From Longimicrobiales bacterium (GTDB lineage Bacteria; Gemmatimonadota; Gemmatimonadetes; Longimicrobiales; Gaopeijiaceae), in the NCBI GenBank assembly GCA_963664435.2, contig CAXXKM010000001.1, positions 352,001-416,000 of the forward strand: a stretch of DNA of 64,000 bases, read 5' to 3'. The translations under genes were made by a program, and so were the position numbers. The notes beneath the pieces are model-generated. The model did not search any database, had not been told where the DNA came from, and worked only from the letters and a program-made list of their open reading frames with translations. Shown piece by piece: positions 56,337 to 64,000 of this stretch. Positions within the stretch are counted from its first letter, which is position 1. Each line of letters starts with the position of its first letter.

Positions 56337-57470
56337 CTAGAGGGGCTCGATCCAGGAGCCCGCCGGCAGGGCCCGCATCGTCCCTAGTCCGGCATGGCTG
56401 AGCGCGCGCAGCCCGGCGCAGGCGGACCCCTCTACTCGAGCCCGGTCTTCCAGGAGCACCTGGTCGCCGGAGCGGATCCACCCCGCGACGTGAGCGTCGT
56501 CGGCAAGGCGGACGGACCCTGCCGCCAGCACCAGTCCCGCGAAGGTAGCGTTCGCCGAGAAACTGGCTCCGCCGTCGACCACGAGCACCCCCTGCCCCTC
56601 GCCCCCGGTCACCTCCAGCGACCCACGGACAACGACGACCGGAAGGTAGGCTCCGCAGCTCCCGGTGGGATTCAGGGGCGTGCCCCAGTTGCCCGCCACA
56701 GTGGCCGGGCAGCCGCTGCCCGGATGGACCCGCGTAGTGCCGCCAGGGACGCCGAGGGTGATGTCCGCCAGTTCCTCCAGATCCTGGAGGGAAAGAGCCC
56801 CGAGGTTCAGGGACGGCGGATTCAGATCGACCGCCAGGCGCTGCCGCCGGGCCGGTTCCAGCGTCGAAACCGCGGGCGCCCAGGACGCACTCTCCGCCAC
56901 CCGGCCATACGGAAAGAGCGAATCCGCCAGGGGCAGGTGTGCTGCACACTCCGCAGCGCTCCAGACCAAAGGAGCAGCCGTGACGCGGTCGCCCGCAATC
57001 CGCGCCGAATCCGTGACGGCGGCATGGGCCCGGAACGCGACCGTCCCCGGGAATGCAGCGAGCCGGGCACCTGGATCGAGCGCCCAGGTCAAGCGCCCCG
57101 CCTTCGTGCGCGCCGCTCCGTCTACCCTTCCCTCCCCCGCGAGCAGGTAGAGTTCGCGCGTCAGACGATGCGCCGCAACGCGGTAGCCACCTCGCTCCCC
57201 GTGCGCTCCCTCCACCACCGCACTGTCCCCGACGGGGGTGGCCGCGAGCACTGCGGCCGCCGAGCCGGCCACGGCGCGCACGCCGCCCTCGGCCGCAAGC
57301 CGCGCGATCAGCAGGTCGCGTTCCGCTCCGGCCACCGTCAGTTCCTGGCGCGCAAGGTAATGGAGGAGATGCCCGAAGGCGGTGGCGGCAAGCAGCACCA
57401 TGAGGATCAACGGGATCGCGAATCCCGCATCGCCCGTGTCTCCCGGGCCGGCAACGCTCCTCACGGCCAT
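56337..57470 (-). CDS. PilX-like minor pilin/assembly protein
   Basis: G|FAIPLILMVLL class III-like signal lacking E5, AAEGG motif; operon context. Confidence 0.65.
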   Translation of the reverse strand: MAVRSVAGPGDTGDAGFAIPLILMVLLAATAFGHLLHYLARQELTVAGAERDLLIARLAAEGGVRAVAGSAAAVLAATPVGDSAVVEGAHGERGGYRVAAHRLTRELYLLAGEGRVDGAARTKAGRLTWALDPGARLAAFPGTVAFRAHAAVTDSARIAGDRVTAAPLVWSAAECAAHLPLADSLFPYGRVAESASWAPAVSTLEPARRQRLAVDLNPPSLNLGALSLQDLEELADITLGVPGGTTRVHPGSGCPATVAGNWGTPLNPTGSCGAYLPVVVVRGSLEVTGGEGQGVLVVDGGASFSANATFAGLVLAAGSVRLADDAHVAGWIRSGDQVLLEDRARVEGSACAGLRALSHAGLGTMRALPAGSWIEPL

Positions 57471-58195
57471 GCCTCCCGCGGCCACACGCGCACCGAGTCG
57501 GTGGTGGTCGCACCGTCGGCCTTTTCGACGGCCAGCCGCAGGTCGAGTCCGGTCCCATGGCCGGACACCCCCGAGGCGGCACCGGCCCCGGTTCGCAACA
57601 CCTGCGCGGTGAGTGGCTGGCGGCCCCCGCGCCCCGGTCGGTAACGGAAGGCTCCCGTGGCGACGTGGTAGCTGCCGCGCTCGAAAATTCGCCCCACGAC
57701 CGCCTCGGGTACGGCCGGATTCAACTCCCACACCTCGCCGGCTGCGCCATCTCCGCATGCGCCGGGGCGAGCTCGGACGCGGACGAGGTCCGCGACACGC
57801 CACACCCCATCGGCGGCAAGAACGAGCACGGAGTCCTTGGCGGGGTTGGGTTGGCGCAGCCCGGCGTAGCGCACCACCCACTGGGACTGGGGTACGCTCG
57901 CGCACCGTACCCCCGTTCCCCGGAACGCCCTCACGACAACGGAATCCCCGGTGCCCGCCACCCAGTCGATCCCGGCCAGCCCCGTCCTCAGTTCCTGCGC
58001 GAGCGCGTACCGCGCGATTCTTCCGGTCTCGCGGATCTCCGCGTCCGTTGTTACGCTCGTCAGGGCATGTTGAAGAGTTACCAGTGTCCGCAGCGCCGCC
58101 CCCGTCACCGCGATCATAAGCAGCATGGCGGTAAGGGCTTCCACGATCGAGGAGCCCCGACGGGAAGCGAGTACCGGCGGACGTGACACGCTCAC
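57461..58195 (-). CDS. PilW-like minor pilin
   Basis: RRG|SSIVEALTAMLL class III signal. Confidence 0.72.
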   Translation of the reverse strand: MSVSRPPVLASRRGSSIVEALTAMLLMIAVTGAALRTLVTLQHALTSVTTDAEIRETGRIARYALAQELRTGLAGIDWVAGTGDSVVVRAFRGTGVRCASVPQSQWVVRYAGLRQPNPAKDSVLVLAADGVWRVADLVRVRARPGACGDGAAGEVWELNPAVPEAVVGRIFERGSYHVATGAFRYRPGRGGRQPLTAQVLRTGAGAASGVSGHGTGLDLRLAVEKADGATTTDSVRVWPREAWP

Positions 58196-58196
58196 C

Positions 58197-58571
58197 TCAG
58201 GGTACCGGCACCGTGGCCGTCACGCGCAGCAACTCCACTCTCGTGGTGTCGTGCGCGCCGGCCCGGATGACTACCTGCAGTAACCGCCCACCCAGCGGTA
58301 CCGGATCGTCCCAGGTCACCGCCCCCCACGAATACTCGCGCGTCCCGCCGCCCGATGCTCCGAACAGTCCGAGGGAGTCGGCGATCTCCCCCGCCGCCAC
58401 CACCGCCGCGGCCAGTTCCCCGGCGCGCCGCCAGGAATGAAGCGATCCGGTACCCAGCGCGGCCGTGGCCAACAGACCCGTGCACAGGAGAACAATGGCC
58501 AGAATGGCCTCCACGAGCGTGAACCCCGCGGATACGGCCGTGTCGGGAGGCGGCCGGGTCGACGCACTCAT
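58197..58571 (-). CDS. PilV-like minor pilin
   Basis: AG|FTLVEAILAIVLL. Confidence 0.8.
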   Translation of the reverse strand: MSASTRPPPDTAVSAGFTLVEAILAIVLLCTGLLATAALGTGSLHSWRRAGELAAAVVAAGEIADSLGLFGASGGGTREYSWGAVTWDDPVPLGGRLLQVVIRAGAHDTTRVELLRVTATVPVP

Positions 58572-58996
58572 CGCCGCGATACCCGACCATAGGCGGAAAT
58601 CACCAGCGACGCGGATGCCGCGCCGCGCCCGAAGCGAAGCGAGCGTGCGGCCATCCGGCCCAGCCCCAGCGCATTGAATTCGATGGTTGCCAGGGTGTCG
58701 CGCCCCGAAATGTCGAGCGACACTCCGTAGCGGTCTCCCAGGTCGACCCGCTCCCGAAAGGTGCTCCCGAGCCGGCGCTCGATTTGCCCGCGGCCGGACT
58801 GGATCGTGACCGTCGAGACACCCGATCCCAGCGCGTCCACCCGAGCGCGCGCAAGGAGTGCCGCGCTGGCTTCGCGCGCCTGAGTCACGGCCCAGCGATC
58901 ACGGTGCAGCTGCAGGGCGGGTAGCCCGAGCGCAATCCCGATGCCGACGATCGCCAGCACCACCAGGCATTCGAAAAGTGTGAATCCCCCGTTCAT
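58568..58996 (-). CDS. FimT/FimU-like minor pilin
   Basis: G|FTLFECLVVLAIVGI...P, ARVDA, FNALG, ISAYGRV. Confidence 0.82.
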   Translation of the reverse strand: MNGGFTLFECLVVLAIVGIGIALGLPALQLHRDRWAVTQAREASAALLARARVDALGSGVSTVTIQSGRGQIERRLGSTFRERVDLGDRYGVSLDISGRDTLATIEFNALGLGRMAARSLRFGRGAASASLVISAYGRVSRR

Positions 58997-59095
58997 GCCA
59001 TGAAAGATGGCGTCGGGGAATCCTGCCGGGGATGGCGTTCCGGGACTACGGAATGTTGAATCCGGGACTACCCGGAACGGGGAAGGCTTCGGCCG

Positions 59096-60277
59096 TTACC
59101 GAAACTGCGTGGGGATGGTCAGCACCTGACCCGGGTAGATCCGGCTGCCCAGCAGGTTGTTCGATCGCCGCAGCGCCGCGATCGTCGTTCCGTGCGCCCG
59201 CGCGATATCCCAGAGAGAATCTCCCCGCTGCACCCGGTAACTCAGGTTGATGGCCTGCTGCACGCCGACCTCGCCACCCGCCGGGATGGTCAGAAGCTGA
59301 CCCGGGTAGATCCGGCTGCCCAGCAGGTTGTTCGACTGCTGGATCGCCGCGATCGTCGTCCCGTGCGCCCGCGCAATATCCCAGAGTGCGTCTCCGCGTC
59401 GCACGCGATAGCTCCCGGGGGCGGCATCGCGTAGCGAGGGCACGCCGTCCGCGGGGATGGTGAGGAGTTGGCCGGGATGGATCCGGCTGTTTCCCAGGTT
59501 GTTCGACCGCTGGATCGCCGCGATCGTCGTGCCGTGCGCCCGAGCAATGTCCCAGAGAGCGTCCCCGCGTCGCACGCGATACGGTCCGCTGCCGGCGGCC
59601 CCGACTCCGGCATCCTCGGTCGCGGTTGCCGTCCCGGCATCCGTGGCCGCCGCCACCCGGGTCTCCGTCGCCTGGACGGCCGAGGTCGCCAGGTCGTCGA
59701 CGTAGCGGGTGTACGGCTCGGGAAACAGGGCGATGTGGTAGTGGGGCGGGCGGGACTCGCGCGTGGCCTCGAGAACGCCGTTGGCTTCCAGGGAGAGCAG
59801 GACATCCTCCAGCCATGCGCGGCAGGGACGATGGTTCGACCGGCGCAGGTCGACGGCCATGCCGGTGGGATGAACCGAGCGGCTGGAGGCGTTGCGGGGC
59901 TGTCGGTTGAGCGGGCGCGTCAGGCTGGTGACAACCATGACCTCCCCGCAGGCCCTGCGGTACTGACCCGCAAGCCGTTCGAGGAAGGTGCGAACCTGGG
60001 GACGGGCGTACGGGAAGCTGACCTCGTCGTCGATGTCATAGTCCCGGTTCCCGTGCAGAGGCACAAGGTAACCCAAGTCGACAAAACGCTGGACGTGCGC
60101 GGGGGTCCGCAGGTAGGTGAAGTCGTGGGCCTGCGCCTGGACATTCTGCACCGTCAGCGAGCGGGACGACCCGCGGAGGCTCTGTGCGGCGGATGAGGAA
60201 GACCAGAGGCCCGTGAGAACCGCAGTCAGAACTGTACCGAAGACGAAAGCTCCTGCCCGAGTGCGGTATCGTCCCAT
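59096..60277 (-). CDS. Exported protein with LAS/M15-like metallopeptidase domain (DUF5715-like) and three LysM domains
   Basis: Signal peptide (SAA|QSL); SVHPTGMAVD and PPHYH motifs; three YRV.RGD.LWDIARAHGTTI...N.L...RI.PGQ.LTIP repeats. Confidence 0.85.
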   Translation of the reverse strand: MGRYRTRAGAFVFGTVLTAVLTGLWSSSSAAQSLRGSSRSLTVQNVQAQAHDFTYLRTPAHVQRFVDLGYLVPLHGNRDYDIDDEVSFPYARPQVRTFLERLAGQYRRACGEVMVVTSLTRPLNRQPRNASSRSVHPTGMAVDLRRSNHRPCRAWLEDVLLSLEANGVLEATRESRPPHYHIALFPEPYTRYVDDLATSAVQATETRVAAATDAGTATATEDAGVGAAGSGPYRVRRGDALWDIARAHGTTIAAIQRSNNLGNSRIHPGQLLTIPADGVPSLRDAAPGSYRVRRGDALWDIARAHGTTIAAIQQSNNLLGSRIYPGQLLTIPAGGEVGVQQAINLSYRVQRGDSLWDIARAHGTTIAALRRSNNLLGSRIYPGQVLTIPTQFR

Positions 60278-60542
60278 CGTCTCCCATCCGAATCACAGGC
60301 TGTACCGGGCGGGTGGTCGGGCGCCTGCTCCGACCATCTCCATACTTCATCTGTTTCCAACGCATAACAGTGTATTCTATACGTCGAGTTTTCGTCGTCC
60401 GCAAGGGTTTGGAACGAAACGGCGCACCCGGATCCGGCCCCTCTCAAGCGCCCGCCTGGACGGCACCGCGGTCTCATCAGGGCGTGAAGCCGGCACCTTG
60501 CATTCGATCGGCACGGGGGATCCCGACGTCACCCGGGCGGCG

Positions 60543-61157
60543 CTATCCGGCGGCGGCGAAGTTGGCGGCCACGACGTCCCAGTTGACCGTGTTCCACCAG
60601 GCCGTGAGGTAGTCGGGGCGGCGATTCTGGTATCGCAGATAGTAGGCGTGCTCCCAAACGTCCACGCCCAGGATCGGAGTCTGCCCATCCATGAGCGGGC
60701 TGTCCTGGTTGGCCGTCGAGCGGACCGCCAGGCCGGCATCGGTGGCGACCACCCATCCCCACCCGGAGCCGAAGCGGGTGATGGCCGCGGTGTTGACCCG
60801 GCTCTTCAGCTCGTCGACGGAGCCAAAGGCGGCTTCGATCGCGGAGGCCAGGTCACCACTGGGGGCATCGGCGCCGCCGGGGGTCATCAGCCGCCAGAAC
60901 AGCGCGTGATTGACGTATCCGCCGCCGTTGTTTCGCACTGCGCCGCGGATCGCCTCGGGGACGTCGCCCATGTTGCCGAGCAGATCGTCGACGCTGCGTT
61001 CCTGCAGGCCGGGATGCGACTTGAGCGCGGCGTTGAGGTTGGCGGTGTAGGCCGCGTGGTGCTTCGATTGGTGTATCTCCATCGTGCGCGCGTCGATGTG
61101 CGGCTCGAGCGCGCCGTAGTCGTAACCGAGGTCCGGAAGAGCGTGGGGATAGGCCAT
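60543..61157 (-). CDS. sodA: Superoxide dismutase, Mn/Fe family (Mn-like)
   Basis: LEPHID, HQSKHH, NNGGGYVNH, FGSGW, NQD, DVWEHAYY. Confidence 0.94.
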   Translation of the reverse strand: MAYPHALPDLGYDYGALEPHIDARTMEIHQSKHHAAYTANLNAALKSHPGLQERSVDDLLGNMGDVPEAIRGAVRNNGGGYVNHALFWRLMTPGGADAPSGDLASAIEAAFGSVDELKSRVNTAAITRFGSGWGWVVATDAGLAVRSTANQDSPLMDGQTPILGVDVWEHAYYLRYQNRRPDYLTAWWNTVNWDVVAANFAAAG

Positions 61158-61295
61158 GGTCGGGGGCTCCGCTGTTGAGGGGGACGTTCCCCCGGGCACC
61201 TCGCCGATGCCTGGCTTGGCACGTCGGGGAATCGGCATCGTATCTTACAGGCAAGAGCCCCGGAGTTCCACCATCGGCACGGGAGGATCTGGAAG

Positions 61296-62510
61296 CTGGA
61301 ACCGAACCCGCCGCGCATTCTTCTGGTCGACTGCGACAGCTTCTTCGTGCAGGTGGCGCGCCTCGAGGATCCCGAGGGCGCGGGACGCCGCCGGCTGCTC
61401 ATCGTGGGAGGAACGCCGGAGGGCCGGGGCGTGGTCGCGTCGGCCTCCTATGAGGCCCGCGAGCACGGGGTCCGTTCGGCGATGCCCACGGCGCAGGCGC
61501 TCCGCCTGTGTCCCGGAGCCGCGGTAGTTCCGGTGCCGAGGGCCGCGTGCGTGCGGCGAAGCCGGGAAGTCCGTCGTGCGCTGGAGGCGTTGTCGCCCGT
61601 TGTGCGCCCCGCTTCGATCGACGAGTTCTACCTGGATCTCTCGGGCACGGAGCGGATGCTGGCCGGCGAGTCCTTCGAGGACACCGCTCGGCGCATCCGC
61701 GATACGGTGCTGGCGGGCACCGGCATCTCTGTTTCCGCGGGAGGCGGCACACGGCGCCTCATCGCCAAGCTTGCCACCGGGCTCGCCAAGCCGGCGGGCG
61801 TCTGCATCGTGCCCGCGGGACAGGAATCGGAGTTCATGGGCCGCTTCGACCTCAAGCACATTCCGGGGATTGGCCCCGCGTTTCTCGCGGAACTCGAGCG
61901 CCGGTCGCTCCGGTCCGTCACCGACGTGCTGCGGGTCCAGCCGGAGTGGCTCGAACGCTGGTTCGGGGCCCGGCGCGCCCGCTGGCTGCACGAACGGGTG
62001 CGGGGACTGGACGGCGAGGGGACGCTTCCGTTGCGGAAGCGGAAGTCGGTAAGTGTGGAGCGCACGTTCGCCACCGATGTCTCGGACGACGATGAGCTGG
62101 ACGGGGTGCTGTCGCGGCAGGTCAACTCCGTCGCACGGCGCGTTCGCCGACTCGGTGGGGGGGCGCGCACGATCACCGTCAAGATCCGGGACCGCGACTT
62201 CGCGACCCGTCAGTGCAGCCGCACGCTGCCCCGGCCCGTCGAATCGGATCAGGCCATCCTTCGTGTCGCGCGCGACCTCCTGGCCGAACTCCGATCCCCG
62301 CGCCGGACTCCCGCGCGCCTGCTGGGGGTTGGCGCCAGCGGACTCTCAAGCGAAGCGCAAGGGGCGCAACTCGCCTTCTTTCCGGAAGCCGACGATCCGG
62401 ATCCGGACCGCGCCCGACGCATCTCCCGGATAATGGACCTCGCCCGGACCCGGTTCGGTGATGGCGCTCTGGGTCCGGGACGCAGCCTCAATCCCCGGAA
62501 CACGCAGTAG
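61296..62510 (+). CDS. dinB: DNA polymerase IV (Y-family); start probably non-canonical CTG
   Basis: RILLVDCDSFFVQ lies upstream of the track's GTG 61347; SYEAR, SIDE, IAKLA, IPGIG, KSVSVERTF, RLLGV. Confidence 0.88.
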   Translation: MEPNPPRILLVDCDSFFVQVARLEDPEGAGRRRLLIVGGTPEGRGVVASASYEAREHGVRSAMPTAQALRLCPGAAVVPVPRAACVRRSREVRRALEALSPVVRPASIDEFYLDLSGTERMLAGESFEDTARRIRDTVLAGTGISVSAGGGTRRLIAKLATGLAKPAGVCIVPAGQESEFMGRFDLKHIPGIGPAFLAELERRSLRSVTDVLRVQPEWLERWFGARRARWLHERVRGLDGEGTLPLRKRKSVSVERTFATDVSDDDELDGVLSRQVNSVARRVRRLGGGARTITVKIRDRDFATRQCSRTLPRPVESDQAILRVARDLLAELRSPRRTPARLLGVGASGLSSEAQGAQLAFFPEADDPDPDRARRISRIMDLARTRFGDGALGPGRSLNPRNTQ

Positions 62511-62556
62511 CCCGCCTCCGGGGAACTGGTCTCCCCTGCTCGTGCGAGGCTCCCGA

Positions 62557-64000
62557 CTAACGCTCGTACGGCTTGCGCGCGAAGTAGCTGTTGGCCTCTG
62601 CGGCCACCTTGGGGGCAAGCATGATGAGCGCGATCAGGTTGGGAACGATGACGATCGCCAGGAAGATGTCGCCCAGGTTCCAGATCACCGTCAGCGGCAG
62701 CACCGCGCCGATGAAGTGCATGATGACGAAGGCGAGCTTGTACGGCAGCACCGCGTTCGCCCCCAGCAGATAGTGCGCACAGCGGTCGCCATAGTAGCTC
62801 CAGGAGATGGCCGTGGATATCGCGAACAGGAGCACCGAGAAGACGACGATCATGTGCCCCCAGTCACCCAGGCCTGCCAGTCCTCGGCGAAAGCCCTCCA
62901 TGGTGAGCGGCGCACCGCTCTCGAAAGCTCCGCCGTAGAGGGAGGCATGAGTCTGGCCGTCGTCTCCCCTGGCGACGCCCTCGGCCGGGACAACGGTGCC
63001 GGTGAACGGCGTCGTTTGCGCCTCGTCCACGTACAGCATGTCGACAAAGGCGTCGTGCCAGGCGACGTGCACCCCGTCCGGGTCCTCGGGGGCTCCGTCT
63101 TCGAAACGGATTTCGGCCGGGGCGGCCGCGGCCTGGTTGTTGCCCGTGGCATCCACGGTCACATAGCCGAGGTCGCCGCCTCCCAGGGTGATCTCCGTCG
63201 GGATGCGCGCGTTCCAGACTCCTGTCGTGATGATCACCAGTCCGGTCATCGAGCAGATCACGATCGTGTCGATGAAGGGCTCGAGCAGAGCAACTACGCC
63301 CTCCGACACCGGCTCGTCGGTCTTGGCCGCGGCGTGCGCGATGGGCGCGGAGCCCTGTCCGGCCTCGTTCGAGAAGAGGCCGCGGCGGACGCCCCACATG
63401 AGGGTCACGAGGAAGGCGCCCACGCCGGTCCCGGCCACGCCGGCCGTCGGGTTGAAGGCCTCGCGGAAGATGAGACCGAGCGCGGGCATGATGTCGCCCG
63501 CGTTGAACAGCAGGATGACCATCGCCCCGAGGCAGTAGACGGCGGCCATCACCGGCGCGAGGATGCCGGTCACCCGTCCGATCCGGGTGATCCCGCCGAG
63601 GATGACGAGGGCGACGACGCCGGCGGTGACCAGACCGCTCACCGTCGTCGGGATGCCGAAGATGGTGCGCATCGAATCGGAGACCGTGTTGGCCTGAATC
63701 GCGTTTCCGGTGAGAAAGGCGGTCAGCCCGAGCATGATGGCGAAGAAGACGGCCATCCACTTCCAGCGCGCGCCCAGCCCGCGCTCTATGTAGTACATGG
63801 GGCCGCCGCTCACCGTCCCTTCCCACTTGTGGGCATCGTGATCGGGCGCTTCCACCTCCCGGTATTTCTGGGCGAGCGTCACCTCGGTGAACTTGGTGGC
63901 CATGCCGAGCGCGGCGGTGACCCACATCCAGAAGAGCGCGCCCGGACCTCCCCAGTGGATGGCGATCGCCACGCCGGCGATGTTGCCGATGCCGACCGTC
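62557..64000 (-). CDS. Alanine/glycine:cation symporter (AGCS/AlsT family), 5' end beyond window
   Basis: TVGIGNIAGV, GGPGALFWMW, GGPMYY, RGLFSNEAGQGS, FIDTIVIC, WSYYG. Confidence 0.93.
   Translation of the reverse strand, partial: TVGIGNIAGVAIAIHWGGPGALFWMWVTAALGMATKFTEVTLAQKYREVEAPDHDAHKWEGTVSGGPMYYIERGLGARWKWMAVFFAIMLGLTAFLTGNAIQANTVSDSMRTIFGIPTTVSGLVTAGVVALVILGGITRIGRVTGILAPVMAAVYCLGAMVILLFNAGDIMPALGLIFREAFNPTAGVAGTGVGAFLVTLMWGVRRGLFSNEAGQGSAPIAHAAAKTDEPVSEGVVALLEPFIDTIVICSMTGLVIITTGVWNARIPTEITLGGGDLGYVTVDATGNNQAAAAPAEIRFEDGAPEDPDGVHVAWHDAFVDMLYVDEAQTTPFTGTVVPAEGVARGDDGQTHASLYGGAFESGAPLTMEGFRRGLAGLGDWGHMIVVFSVLLFAISTAISWSYYGDRCAHYLLGANAVLPYKLAFVIMHFIGAVLPLTVIWNLGDIFLAIVIVPNLIALIMLAPKVAAEANSYFARKPYER

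Noticed and set aside
60357..60384. Possible dif site (CGCATAA half-site)
   Set aside because: No TTATGTTAAAT-like XerD arm at 6-nt spacing; the inverted repeat has a 9-nt spacer.

Overview
High-GC bacterial core-chromosome segment. Gene content suggests the FCB superphylum, most likely Gemmatimonadota (inferred from the CTD-type secreted protein, short ATP synthase epsilon subunit and gene order). Contents from left to right: a >1280-aa secreted protein with a type IX secretion (T9SS)-like C-terminal domain that is missing from the ORF track because it runs off the left edge, plus its TonB-dependent receptor; PBP1A; pyrimidine/thymidine phosphorylase; ruvX-mltG-thiE; a full F1Fo atp operon with a PHP gene; MoxR, CNNM and gamma-carbonic anhydrase genes; pilD; trmH; thiD; punA-nupC; dnaK-degP; tRNA-Leu(TAG)-tig-clpP-clpX-engB; a sigma54 activator-mog-gcvT-argF-hslUV-xerC-topA-aroKC run; a type IV pilus assembly/minor pilin operon; a LysM protein; sodA; dinB; and a partial alanine/glycine symporter. 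No CRISPR array, transposase or prophage was seen. The most notable observations are: (1) the TonB receptor plus CTD cargo locus with a long, structured, attenuator-like leader; (2) a sigma54-type dnaK promoter with tandem palindromic boxes, and a pseudo-receiver sigma54 activator nearby; (3) signs of decay or oddity in core genes (TGG-to-TAG in pilN, a 4-codon gap in the TopA core, a relic second PNP gene, dinB without a canonical start); and (4) Gln at +1 after predicted signal peptides, including in Fo subunits.
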